NCBI GenBank assembly: GCA_947490395.1
Contig: CANLGW010000003.1
Span: forward strand, 1 to 45,872
Direction of reading: 5' to 3'
DNA from: Alphaproteobacteria bacterium
GTDB lineage: Bacteria; Pseudomonadota; Alphaproteobacteria; Paracaedibacterales; CAIOTO01
DNA length: 45,872 bases
In this document: positions 9,050-19,394 of the stretch, piece after piece
How positions within the stretch are numbered: the stretch's first letter is position 1
How the letters are laid out: every line of letters starts with the position of its first letter
Program-made: the position numbers and the translations under genes
Notes under the pieces: model-generated
The model's database searches: none
What the model was told of the DNA's origin: nothing
The model's input: only the letters and a program-made list of their open reading frames with translations

Positions 9050-10504
9050 TTATGGCAAATAGGGAGGCAAGTTATTTCCCACATATTCTGCAATTGGTTG
9101 AGCAGGATTTTGGCTCGTAAAGCTAACTTTACCACTTGTAAATGTTGCGTAAATCCCTCTATCAGTCGAACCTAAAAACCCACCGAATCGATTAGGGCCA
9201 AATACAGGAAACGGTAATAATAAATTATTAGGGTTGAAAAAGTGAATATAATGCTGTGTATGATGCGCATCAAGTCTATTTCCCTGATAGTAAAAACGTT
9301 CTATAACCTCTGCCTTTGGATGTTGATGTCTTCCATGTGATCCAGCTGTTAATACACCAAATCTTGGATTTATAAACTGGATCCAGTCGCGTCGATTAGC
9401 TCTGTCAAGACGGTTGGTAACACCTCCACCTTGTAATGATGCATGGTAAATATCAGATTCAAGCGCTGGCTGGTCAATTATTCCCCTGATTCGGTCAGTA
9501 TTGCGCCTCAATGCATCACCTTGCGTCAATAGCGTCCACTCATTAATACGGATACGTGTCACAATACTTTTAGCATCATGTGCATCTGCATTTCCACCTA
9601 TTGGCAAATCAAAACCAAGATCGAGTTGCCCTATCAAATGCGTGATATGTGAATTACCGTACCAATTTGGCTCATCAATGCCGTGAACTGGGTCATAACG
9701 ATGCAATAACCAATCAATTTCTACAGCATTATTTATAGCGCGTTGCGCCGTAAAATGTATATAATCATCATCATTTATAGGATCATCTTCACCAACAAAA
9801 ACTAATCTTTCTGCTTGAAGTGTATCCAATAATCGACGTCCTACGGGAACACCTCCAGGGCCTCTCGCATTTTCGTAGTCTTCTTTGTGCCCACCTAACA
9901 TAGCATGAATATTTAGAGGTGTAGGATCATTTAGCCTCAATCGTGTTACGATATCATGAATAACGTTAAAATGATCCAATGAAGGATGCGAAATACAAAT
10001 ACTAAGTGGCCAACCTTGACCATAATTCACGGGATCAACTCCGCGGTTTGTATAAAATGTAGTAATATCAGTGACCATAGGTGTAATAAGTCTTCTTACA
10101 TGTTCTCCCCTTGGAACTGCTTGGAATATATCTGAATAGGCAACACTACCCGCATCGCAAATTAAGGGTGGCCGTCCATTAATTAAAACGAGGATGGCAT
10201 TACCATTTCCCATATTATAGAAATTGATTGTTCCATTCGTGTCTTCACCAATACGTGGCCTTGCCATTTGTTCAATGGATTGCGCAGGTTCCGTCGCCCT
10301 AGGAAGAAGAGGCTCCCCAGGTGAAAGAAGGTTTTCACTATCAGAATCTTTTTCACTTGCTGCTTTAGTGGGAGTAGAAATTGAAAGACCACCTACTGCC
10401 TCTGTTATTTCAAACTCACTTGCGAAAGTGGATGATATATTTACTGCTGTACAAATTAAAATAAATACAATTAATACGAATAAATTCTTAACATATCTTG
10501 TCAT
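9050..10504 (-). CDS. Secreted ComEC/Rec2-like metallo-beta-lactamase-fold protein with degenerate metal motifs
   Basis: Signal peptide (..SSTFA|SE); FYNMGNGNAILV, ICDAGS, ISHPSLDH, KSIVTRI..LLTQGDA, HQHPKAEV in the ComEC-MBL motif order; RBS AGGAG at about 10511-10515. Confidence 0.8.
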   Translation of the reverse strand: MTRYVKNLFVLIVFILICTAVNISSTFASEFEITEAVGGLSISTPTKAASEKDSDSENLLSPGEPLLPRATEPAQSIEQMARPRIGEDTNGTINFYNMGNGNAILVLINGRPPLICDAGSVAYSDIFQAVPRGEHVRRLITPMVTDITTFYTNRGVDPVNYGQGWPLSICISHPSLDHFNVIHDIVTRLRLNDPTPLNIHAMLGGHKEDYENARGPGGVPVGRRLLDTLQAERLVFVGEDDPINDDDYIHFTAQRAINNAVEIDWLLHRYDPVHGIDEPNWYGNSHITHLIGQLDLGFDLPIGGNADAHDAKSIVTRIRINEWTLLTQGDALRRNTDRIRGIIDQPALESDIYHASLQGGGVTNRLDRANRRDWIQFINPRFGVLTAGSHGRHQHPKAEVIERFYYQGNRLDAHHTQHYIHFFNPNNLLLPFPVFGPNRFGGFLGSTDRGIYATFTSGKVSFTSQNPAQPIAEYVGNNLPPYLP

Positions 10505-10513
10505 TATACTCTC

Positions 10514-11809
10514 CTATTTATTTATTATTCTCAAGGCTTGCTCAGCTATATCTTTTACTTGTTTAGCGGTAAATTCTATAACCTTGCAATTAGAACCACT
10601 AGGCACTGGGTCTTGTTGAGGATTAACACCTACACATACAAGCTCATTTTCAACTTCGCTCACCATATGTTGCAGTAAGTCTTCACCTATATTACGCGTA
10701 CATGATCGACGCTGGAATATTAATAAATCTCTTTTTAGTTTTTGTAATTCTTCTTTTCTTTCTGGTTTCTTGAGGCGTCTCGTATGATGAAAACGTGCAG
10801 TTAAAAATCCTGACTTTCTACTTCTTGCCAATTTATCACTATGTTTTGTTCCAGATATCCCCACATTAAACAGCAATCGTGGATCTTGCGTATCAAGATC
10901 TTCGGTGAACTCTACAGGAGTTCGTTTTGTGGTTTCAGGCTTTAAATTACGCATACATAAAAGCAAAGAACGCCTTTGAAAATCGCTATATTTACTAACC
11001 GTCGCAGAAGAAAAAGAAATTTCAAACTGCTTCATTGCATCAATAAACAATCTTTCTTGACTCGAAAGCCCTCTGCTTCGCGTTATTCCGTACGCTTCTG
11101 GCCGATGATGCTGTGACCACAATGCTAAGTGATGATAGGCAAGTGGATTTCTATAGTAAGCACATAGAGCTAAACGCATAAGATGTTGCCTATTTTGATG
11201 ATTACATTCATCACCAAGCATTGGAATCGATGCTGGATACAAAATAGACGACATAATAGCTTCTTGTGCCGTTTGATGCCCCCAGCTATCTACAATCATC
11301 ATTATTGGATTTTCATCTGATGCTGAATCTAATGGATAAAGCCTTAATTCAATTCGGCGATTCTCAGCTAATTGCTGCACGATCAATGGATTAGCCTCTA
11401 CATAAACACGAACACGTTCATCAATATTTGTTTCAACCCACGACAAAAGACTATCGGCGTCTTCTATTCTTTGTAAATCTAGCTCATGCCTAAGGGTATC
11501 AATTAAAAATATTAACTGATGCATAGGTGATATCTCCGCTTCTGAAATTGCTGCAATACTTTGAGCTTCTTCACTCATCAATTGTACGGTATCAACTGAC
11601 TTTAATACCAAACGAAGAGGTGTGCGAGATGGATATAATACGTAATTTTCTACTTGTGTCTCTGTCGTTGCCAAACAAATATTATATATACCTATGCATA
11701 AACAGTATTTAATGCAACATAGAAATCTAATGTTGCATATATCAATACTAATAAATCTACATAATATAAAACTTATTAATTTATTCATTAAAATAATCTT
11801 CCAAAACAA
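10514..11809 (-). CDS. Hypothetical protein, probably exported, co-transcribed with the MBL-fold gene
   Basis: 431-aa ORF; Cys-rich hydrophobic N-terminus ending CLA|TTE; stop is 9 nt before the next ATG; start codon uncertain. Confidence 0.72.
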   Translation of the reverse strand: MFWKIILMNKLISFILCRFISIDICNIRFLCCIKYCLCIGIYNICLATTETQVENYVLYPSRTPLRLVLKSVDTVQLMSEEAQSIAAISEAEISPMHQLIFLIDTLRHELDLQRIEDADSLLSWVETNIDERVRVYVEANPLIVQQLAENRRIELRLYPLDSASDENPIMMIVDSWGHQTAQEAIMSSILYPASIPMLGDECNHQNRQHLMRLALCAYYRNPLAYHHLALWSQHHRPEAYGITRSRGLSSQERLFIDAMKQFEISFSSATVSKYSDFQRRSLLLCMRNLKPETTKRTPVEFTEDLDTQDPRLLFNVGISGTKHSDKLARSRKSGFLTARFHHTRRLKKPERKEELQKLKRDLLIFQRRSCTRNIGEDLLQHMVSEVENELVCVGVNPQQDPVPSGSNCKVIEFTAKQVKDIAEQALRIINK

Positions 11810-11902
11810 TCGATTAACCTACCAAGCAGGCAATTACCTCATAATAGGGATTGCTTTTTTATAAACCAATGAGAATAAATAATATTTTTTCCTTTTTTAG
11901 CA

Positions 11903-11980
11903 AGGAACCGCTACACTTAATGGGTATGTCGCAAAATTAAGCTAAAAAAGCCACTATCCATTTTTTGTATAGCAACTTCT
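11903..11980. repeat. Degenerate inverted repeat / possible MITE remnant
   Basis: aggaaccgctacacttaatgg versus reverse complement of the right arm agaagttgctatacaaaaaatgg. Confidence 0.35.
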
Positions 11981-11996
11981 ATTATCGTATTTGTAA

Positions 11997-13397
11997 TTAA
12001 TACCCTGTTTGAATGCGCTCGACCAGTTGTTTTACCGTTGGCACAAAACCATCTCTATAAAAAGGATCAGTTCCAAAACGATACGCCTGATGTCCCGAGA
12101 ACATCAATTGATTATTCACATCATCTCCGTGGCTAATCGCCTGAAGCGTTTTCTGGATACAAAATGAACGTGGGTCACCTTTTTTACCTGTTGTGCCTTC
12201 TTCATTTTGCGCCCAATTACTAAACAAGCACGCCGACAAACACCCCATACAATCAATTTGATCTTTTAGTATCTCATTTGCCTCATTGGGGGTGACAAAA
12301 ATCAGAGTTGTATCAGGAGTTCGCATCGCCTCCGTATAGCCTTGTGCAACCCAAACTTCCACCATTTCTTTATCATGTGGTGTTAAATAAACAAGACGTC
12401 CACGTGCCCCCACAGGAAATGGAGCAATATGATCCCCAATCGGTGTTACACTATACGCAACTTGGCGTTTTGAACGCCCATCCAGCCCACGCATAAAATC
12501 ATTATCAACAGCGGAGGAATAGAAACCTGTCGGGCTAAATCGGTTGAGAAAAATATCGCCTTCCTTTAACGTTACAAGCTTTCGCTTCCACGCATCTGAA
12601 ATAGGACTTTCCTGCGTTAGTAATGGTCGCGTACCATATTGAAAACAAATTGCTCCAACATCTGGATTATCCAACCATTCTTCCCATTCATTCAACCACC
12701 AAACACCGCCCGCCATAATAATAGGGATGGATTCACTAAGCCCACACTCACGCATCACTTTACGTAATAACATAACGCGCTGCAATGGCGCCTCTGGTTT
12801 TAGTGGGTCTTCACTATTTGATAACCCATTATGACCACCTGCAAGCCACGGATCTTCATACACAACGCCGCCCAAAAAATCTGCAAAACGATTATAGGCA
12901 CGTTTCCACAAAATATTAAATGCACGTCCGGATGACACGATAGGATAATAATGCACACCGTAAGAAACACAAATTTCTGCTAACTTAAAAGGCATTCCAG
13001 CACCACATGTAACGCCATTCACAATTCCCTTTGTTTGGGATAAAACGCCATGCAAAATGGGTTCAACTGCCCCCATTTCCCACAACACATTCATATGAAC
13101 GCGACCATTTCCATTTGATGTTTCATGGGCACGTCGTGCTTGTGTTATGCCACCTTTAATTGCATTTTCGATCAACTCATCATGACGTTCACGGCGTGTT
13201 TTACCTTTATAAACAACAGGAATAACATTTCCTTGTTCATCATAAGAATCAGCATTTACAGCCGAAAACGTACCAACACCACCAGCCGCCGCCCATGCAC
13301 CAGAACTCTGACCATTTGATACAGCAATACCTTTGCCCCCTTCAACGAGTGGTAAAACTTCGCGTCCTGAAATATAAACAGATTTTAATGCAACCAT
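11997..13397 (-). CDS. Nitronate monooxygenase-family flavin oxidoreductase (FabK/FabX-like) with Cys cluster
   Basis: LPLVEGGKG, TCGAGMP, PIVSSGRA, YEDPWLAGGHNG, AGGVW, QYGTR..TQES, CMGCLSAC..FCI. Confidence 0.88.
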   Translation of the reverse strand: MVALKSVYISGREVLPLVEGGKGIAVSNGQSSGAWAAAGGVGTFSAVNADSYDEQGNVIPVVYKGKTRRERHDELIENAIKGGITQARRAHETSNGNGRVHMNVLWEMGAVEPILHGVLSQTKGIVNGVTCGAGMPFKLAEICVSYGVHYYPIVSSGRAFNILWKRAYNRFADFLGGVVYEDPWLAGGHNGLSNSEDPLKPEAPLQRVMLLRKVMRECGLSESIPIIMAGGVWWLNEWEEWLDNPDVGAICFQYGTRPLLTQESPISDAWKRKLVTLKEGDIFLNRFSPTGFYSSAVDNDFMRGLDGRSKRQVAYSVTPIGDHIAPFPVGARGRLVYLTPHDKEMVEVWVAQGYTEAMRTPDTTLIFVTPNEANEILKDQIDCMGCLSACLFSNWAQNEEGTTGKKGDPRSFCIQKTLQAISHGDDVNNQLMFSGHQAYRFGTDPFYRDGFVPTVKQLVERIQTGY

Positions 13398-13509
13398 TAA
13401 TTATTTTTCCTTATGTTCTTTAAGCTTTGCTTCTTTTGTAACGTTTCTTCTGCTTTTACGCAAGTGTTCACTGGAATTTTTATATAAGATCCCCCTTAGC
13501 AAGCTGATC

Positions 13510-14856
13510 TTATAATACTTCTTTTGTAATTTCATTTGGCCTTATTGTAACGGTTCCATCGATAAAATGCAAAGTCACCGTATCGGCTGTATCAGGGAAT
13601 TGAGCTGCCGTTGAAATAACGGCATCTCGAATAGACGTCCACACAAACCCTTTTTCTAATATTTTAGTATAAGATGACTGCATCAAACGTGCATCAAGAT
13701 GCTTAAATATTTGCTCATATGTAAGAAATGACGCACTCATCGCCCGTAAAAAACGATCCGAGAGATGATCAAAATGCTGCTGATGAAAATATAAATTTTC
13801 AGCAGGATGCTTTATCATTAACATTCTCAATCGTTGCTGTTGCGTCATAATATACTGCAAAACGGCACGCATTAACCGTTCAGTACGGTCATCAAGGCGT
13901 TGCATCAATGTCTCAATCATATAATAAGGCTGCGGTAAACCACGTACATACCCTTTTAAATTCATCCATTCAAAACGAAACTGCTGCATCGTAAATTGGT
14001 ACATACGCTCCCCCATTTGCTGCAAAGCAAAAATCAATTGCGCACGCACAGGTGTTGCAAACTCTGCCGCTGCTGTTGGTGTTGGTGCACGTCTGTCTGA
14101 TGCATAATCAATTAATGTTGTATCGGTTTCATGACCAATTGCTGAAATAAGGGGAATCACGCTTTCTGCAGCTGCACGTACAACAGCTTCTTCATTAAAT
14201 GTCCAAAGATCTTCTAGACTACCCCCCCCACGCGCCACAATAAGAACGTCAGGGCGCATCGATAAATCAAGCACGTTCATTCCCCGAATCGCAAACGCAA
14301 CTTGTTCAATTGATCCTGGCCCTTGAACCTGAACTGGCCAGACAAGTACTTCACACGGAAAACGATCTTCAAGTCGATGCAAAATATCGCGAATAACGGC
14401 ACCCGTTGGCGATGTAATAATACCAATACGCCGTGGAAAAGCTGGAAGTTTACGTTTATGAGCAAACAATCCTTCACGCTCCAAACGATCTTTTCGTTCA
14501 AGCAGGATTTTCATCAACGCACCCTGCCCTGCTGCCTCTAATGATTCAACAACCACTTGATATTTAGATCGTCCTGGATACGTTGTAATGCGCCCTCTTA
14601 TAATGACCTCAAGCCCATCTTCAGGCTGCACCGAAATAGGAGTACCACGCCACGCAACTGCGTCAATAACCGAATCATTATCTTTCAAAGCAAAATAGGA
14701 ATGACCTGACGTGTGCCGCTTATACCCACTAATTTCCCCACGAATATGAACAGATCGAAAACCTGCCTCTACATAGCGTTTAAGAGACAGACTAACATCA
14801 GTAACAGATAAGACTTCTGGTTTCGCATCCAATGGCATGGAAGATTGTTGATTCAT
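13510..14856 (-). CDS. xseA: Exodeoxyribonuclease VII large subunit
   Basis: GEISGYKRHTSGHSYFALKD, ITSPTGAVIRDI, VARGGGSLEDLWTFNEE, SAIGHETD, RAPTPTAAAE. Confidence 0.97.
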   Translation of the reverse strand: MNQQSSMPLDAKPEVLSVTDVSLSLKRYVEAGFRSVHIRGEISGYKRHTSGHSYFALKDNDSVIDAVAWRGTPISVQPEDGLEVIIRGRITTYPGRSKYQVVVESLEAAGQGALMKILLERKDRLEREGLFAHKRKLPAFPRRIGIITSPTGAVIRDILHRLEDRFPCEVLVWPVQVQGPGSIEQVAFAIRGMNVLDLSMRPDVLIVARGGGSLEDLWTFNEEAVVRAAAESVIPLISAIGHETDTTLIDYASDRRAPTPTAAAEFATPVRAQLIFALQQMGERMYQFTMQQFRFEWMNLKGYVRGLPQPYYMIETLMQRLDDRTERLMRAVLQYIMTQQQRLRMLMIKHPAENLYFHQQHFDHLSDRFLRAMSASFLTYEQIFKHLDARLMQSSYTKILEKGFVWTSIRDAVISTAAQFPDTADTVTLHFIDGTVTIRPNEITKEVL

Positions 14857-15056
14857 AACATTAATCCTTATATTGAAATGATCTTATAGATATGCACGCC
14901 TCGGTTCAACACTTCTTAAAAAACCCGTTAAAAAGCACAAACTATGCAATAATAGAGTCCTACGAAAAAAATATGAAAACTAATGTATCTTTTTCATTTT
15001 TAAAAAAATACTTATGCTCTGCTATCAATTTAATGTAGTATTTAACAAAATTAAAA

Positions 15057-16181
15057 ATGAAGTGTTATATGTCGTTCACACGCCTTATCCCAAAACCATT
15101 CCTAAACTCAATCCTGACAATCATACCCAAAACAATAAAAGGTCGCATTATTTTAGGGATTGTTCTTTTTATCGCTTTTGTTTTCTTGCGTAAGCTCATC
15201 AATTCTCTTGATTATGCTAAACATGCACATGATCCTTTAATACCAATTGTAGAAATCATTCAATCGGAAAGCCAATCACAAAGTCCGACATCTGTATTAA
15301 CGGGTGTTAGCCAAGCCTTTAAATCATCGACGCTTCGTGCCGAAATTGGCGGAAAAATTATAGCACTTCCAACAGATAAGGGAGCCTGGGTTTCAGACAA
15401 GCAGACCCTCATTCAAATTATTGATAATGATAGAGCAGCACGCCTTAAAGAAGCCGAATCACGGTTTAAACAAAGAGAAGCCGAATTTAGGGCGTCAACT
15501 GATCTTCGTGCCAAAGCACTTAAAGCAGAAAATTCACACCTTGCAACAAAAGCTGATTTTGAAGCAGCAAAAGCCTTGCTCAATCGCATACAACTTGAAG
15601 TTGAACATCTCAGTATTAAAGCCCCTTTTAGTGGTTACTATGACCAACGACTCGTCGATATTGGTGATTTTGTTGATATAGGTGACCCCGTTGCAACTGT
15701 CTTAAACCTAGATCAATTAAAAGTTGTCATGAATGTAAGTGAAACAGATATCATATCGATTTTTGAAGGACAAACAGCAACTGTTATATTTACTGCATAC
15801 AAAAAAAAATACCCAGCCAAAATCACCTATATTTCTAAAAATGCTGAACCTAAAACACGCACATTTTCAATTGAATTAACCCTCGATAATCCTGACAAAC
15901 TTGCCTCTGGCCTCACGTGCCAAGTAACAATTATGAAGCAACCTATACATGTACATAATATTCCCTTATCGGCACTTGTGCTCAATGATCAGGGCGTTCT
16001 TGGAGTGATGACACTTGATCAAACTAAAAAAACTCATTTCAAGTCCATTAATATTGAATCCATGCAAAAAGAAACAGTCTATGCAACGGGACTTACACCA
16101 CATGTTACGGTCGTAACAACAGGCTCATCCTTTGTAAAAGCCGGCCAGACTGTCATCGTTAAGGAAAAAGGCACGTTATGA
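15057..16181 (+). CDS. RND efflux periplasmic adaptor (MFP) subunit
   Basis: N-terminal TM anchor, LRAEIGGKI, IKAPFSG..GDFV, TRTFSIE motifs; ATGA overlap with the permease. Confidence 0.92.
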   Translation: MKCYMSFTRLIPKPFLNSILTIIPKTIKGRIILGIVLFIAFVFLRKLINSLDYAKHAHDPLIPIVEIIQSESQSQSPTSVLTGVSQAFKSSTLRAEIGGKIIALPTDKGAWVSDKQTLIQIIDNDRAARLKEAESRFKQREAEFRASTDLRAKALKAENSHLATKADFEAAKALLNRIQLEVEHLSIKAPFSGYYDQRLVDIGDFVDIGDPVATVLNLDQLKVVMNVSETDIISIFEGQTATVIFTAYKKKYPAKITYISKNAEPKTRTFSIELTLDNPDKLASGLTCQVTIMKQPIHVHNIPLSALVLNDQGVLGVMTLDQTKKTHFKSINIESMQKETVYATGLTPHVTVVTTGSSFVKAGQTVIVKEKGTL

Positions 16182-19100
16182 TTGCTCTCATTCAGGCGTC
16201 TTTTCAGCGCAGTCGCGCCGTTCTTTTACTGTTAACCCTATTTATTTTATGGGGATTGCATGCTTATATAATGATTCCAAAAGAATCAACCCCTGACGTT
16301 AAAATACCAATTATTTATGTATCGCTTACCTATGATGGCATTTCACCACAAGATGCCGAACGCCTTTTACTAAGACCAACGGAACAAGAACTACGATCCA
16401 TTGAAGGTGTTAAAGAAATGCGATCAACCGCCTTTGAAGGAGGCGCTAACATCATACTTGAATTTAATGCGGGCTTTAATGTTGATAAGGCACGTCTTAA
16501 TGTTCGTGATAAAGTTAATATCGCCAAACCAAATTTGCCCGTTGATGTTAAGGAACCAGTTATCAATGAAGTGAACCTAAGTTTATTTCCTATTTTAATT
16601 ATTAAACTATCGGGAGATGCTCCCGAACGTGTTCTTTACAATATTGCACATACGCTCAAAAATGATATTGAATCAACTATTCCAGCCGTTCTCCAGGCCG
16701 AAATTGTTGGCAACCGTGACGAAGTTGTTGAAGTGCTCATTCAACCAGCGCATCAAGAAAAATATGGTCTTTTATTTGATCAGGTTATGCACAATCTAAT
16801 ATCAAATAATCAAATTGTGTCAGCAGGATATGTTGAAAAGCAAAAAGGGAGATTTAGTATCAAAGTCCCTGGTGTATTTGAAACCATTGATGATATCATG
16901 AACCTCCCTCTTTTGGCGCATGATGATGCCATTATTAAGCTAAAAGATGTTTGCTCCATTCGAAAAACATTTAAAGATGCAACAACACGTGCCTATGATC
17001 GCCTGAATTTAAATGAGACAAAACAAACGGTTGTGCTGGAAGTATCCAAACGCACTGGACAAAATCTGATTGATACTGTTGAGGCCATAAAAACAGTCGT
17101 TATGGCTTCACAAAAAAGATGGCCGCCTCACGTCACCGTAAGTTTTGCCCAAGATGAATCACATAAAATTAAAGATATGCTTCTTGATCTTCAAAATAAT
17201 ATTATCAGCGCCGTTATTTTAGTATTAGCTGTGATTATTTTTGCCTTGGGACTCCGATCGGCTTTGCTCGTTGGCATTGCTGTTCCTGGTTCTTTCCTCA
17301 TTGGAATGATGGTTTTATCGTTGCTTGGATATACAGTTAATATTGTTGTTCTGTTCAGCCTAATCTTTTCTGTTGGTATGCTGGTTGATGGTGCCATTAT
17401 CGTTGTAGAATATGCCGATCGCCGAATTGCTGAAGGCATCAATCACATTGATGCCTATAAAGAAGCTGCTATTCGTATGACATGGCCAGTAATTACATCG
17501 ACCCTTACGATACTTGTTGTCTTTATGCCCCTCCTCTTTTGGCCAGGCGTTGTTGGCCAATTCATGAAATTTATGCCAATTACACTTATTATCGTCTTAA
17601 CAGCTTCTATTTTTATGGCACTTATTTTTCTTCCTGTTATCAATTCGACACTATCCGCACCAAAGAAAATCATTTCACATGTCATGAAAGATGATTGGCT
17701 TGAACGATTTACTACAAAATATGTAGCCTATCTTGAAACAATTCTTGATCATCCAAAACGCATTATGGGCATTGCGATGCTATGTCTTATTGGGGTATTT
17801 GCTTTGTATAAAATAGCTGGACGTGGCGTTGAATTCTTCCCCGACGTTGAACCAACAGCAACGGCTATTTATGTGCATGCACGTGGAAATTTATCAATTG
17901 ACGAAAAAGATACGCTCGTTCGACAAGTTGAAGCTAAAATTAGAGATATGTCCGAATTTTCATCCATTTATACACGTATTGGCAAGCAATCAACCAATGG
18001 TGGCCCTATTGCAGATGATGTCATTGGCATTATCACACTGGAATTTGTGGATTGGAAAGAACGCCGAAAAGTTGCAAACATCATGAAAGACGTTGAACGA
18101 CGAACAACGGGAGCCATCAACGGTATACCTGGCGTTAGCCTTGAAATTGTTAAACAAAAATCAGGGCCACCTTCAGTAAAACCGATCGCTATTGAAATAT
18201 CTAGTTATGATTACAAAAAATTAAATCCCGTTTTAACACGATTACGGATGTTTATGGAAAAAATCCCAGGCCTTATTGATATTGAAGATAATCTTCCTAT
18301 CCCTGGCATTGAATGGACACTTAACGTAAACCGCGAGAAAGCAGCCCAAAGCGGCGTAAGTATAGCAACACTTGGTCAAACATTAAAACTAATTACGACA
18401 GGGACACGCCTTAGCACGTACCGTCCAAATGATGCCCAAGATGAAATTGACATTGTCCTGCGTTTTCATGAGAGCAATCGCGGATTGGAACAATTAGACA
18501 CGCTTCGTATTTTAACAAAAAATGGCACTGTCCCTATTAGTCATTTTATCACAAAAATACCAACACCGAAGGTGGCCACCATTAATCGTACAGATGGATT
18601 CCCCATCCTAACACTACAAGCCAATGTGGTACCAGGCGTCTTAGTTGCTGATAAAATAAAAGAAATCGACACATGGATTAAATCAGAAACATTTGATCCA
18701 GATGTACGCATCCATTTTAAAGGTGAAGATAAGGATCAACGAGAAGCGATGTCATTCTTACTCGGCGCCTTTGGGATTGCCCTATTTATGGTCGCCGTTA
18801 TTTTGGTCACGCAATTCAACAGCTTTTTTAGTATGGGTCTTGTTCTTACATCAGTTGTGATGTCAACCATTGGTGTCTTTGTTGGGCTTATGGCACATCA
18901 CCTAGCCTTTGGAATTGTTATGGGGGGCATTGGCGTAATCGCACTCGCGGGTATTATTGTATCAAACAATATTATTTTAATTGATACCTATGATACATTA
19001 ATTGCTGAACTTATTAATAAAAAAGGTACAGTTACGCAACATGATGCAAAAACGGCTATTCTAGAAACTGGACGTCAACGCTTACGTCCAGTTATTTTAA

Positions 19101-19315
19101 CAAAGATGACAACAATCTTGGGTCTACTTCCCATTATGTTTGGTGTAAATCTTGATTTCATTAATGGAGACGTTACGATTGGTGCACCGTCAACAGAATG
19201 GTGGATTTTACTATCAACATGCATTGTATATGGTGTGCTTTTTGCTAGCAGCCTAACATTATTCTTCACGCCTTCAGCGTTGATGTGGCGCGCGCAACAA
19301 ATTTATCCCAAATAA
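16178..19315 (+). CDS. RND efflux permease (AcrB/AcrD/AcrF family)
   Basis: 1045 aa, IPKESTPDVKIP, GMLVDGAIIVVE, GIIVSNNIILID, RLRPVILT. Confidence 0.95.
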   Translation: MIALIQASFQRSRAVLLLLTLFILWGLHAYIMIPKESTPDVKIPIIYVSLTYDGISPQDAERLLLRPTEQELRSIEGVKEMRSTAFEGGANIILEFNAGFNVDKARLNVRDKVNIAKPNLPVDVKEPVINEVNLSLFPILIIKLSGDAPERVLYNIAHTLKNDIESTIPAVLQAEIVGNRDEVVEVLIQPAHQEKYGLLFDQVMHNLISNNQIVSAGYVEKQKGRFSIKVPGVFETIDDIMNLPLLAHDDAIIKLKDVCSIRKTFKDATTRAYDRLNLNETKQTVVLEVSKRTGQNLIDTVEAIKTVVMASQKRWPPHVTVSFAQDESHKIKDMLLDLQNNIISAVILVLAVIIFALGLRSALLVGIAVPGSFLIGMMVLSLLGYTVNIVVLFSLIFSVGMLVDGAIIVVEYADRRIAEGINHIDAYKEAAIRMTWPVITSTLTILVVFMPLLFWPGVVGQFMKFMPITLIIVLTASIFMALIFLPVINSTLSAPKKIISHVMKDDWLERFTTKYVAYLETILDHPKRIMGIAMLCLIGVFALYKIAGRGVEFFPDVEPTATAIYVHARGNLSIDEKDTLVRQVEAKIRDMSEFSSIYTRIGKQSTNGGPIADDVIGIITLEFVDWKERRKVANIMKDVERRTTGAINGIPGVSLEIVKQKSGPPSVKPIAIEISSYDYKKLNPVLTRLRMFMEKIPGLIDIEDNLPIPGIEWTLNVNREKAAQSGVSIATLGQTLKLITTGTRLSTYRPNDAQDEIDIVLRFHESNRGLEQLDTLRILTKNGTVPISHFITKIPTPKVATINRTDGFPILTLQANVVPGVLVADKIKEIDTWIKSETFDPDVRIHFKGEDKDQREAMSFLLGAFGIALFMVAVILVTQFNSFFSMGLVLTSVVMSTIGVFVGLMAHHLAFGIVMGGIGVIALAGIIVSNNIILIDTYDTLIAELINKKGTVTQHDAKTAILETGRQRLRPVILTKMTTILGLLPIMFGVNLDFINGDVTIGAPSTEWWILLSTCIVYGVLFASSLTLFFTPSALMWRAQQIYPK

Positions 19316-19394
19316 AATATATTATTTTTATATTTACTTTATATTAATAAATTAAATATAATATTATATTTATAATCATATAAAGTATTGGCAA

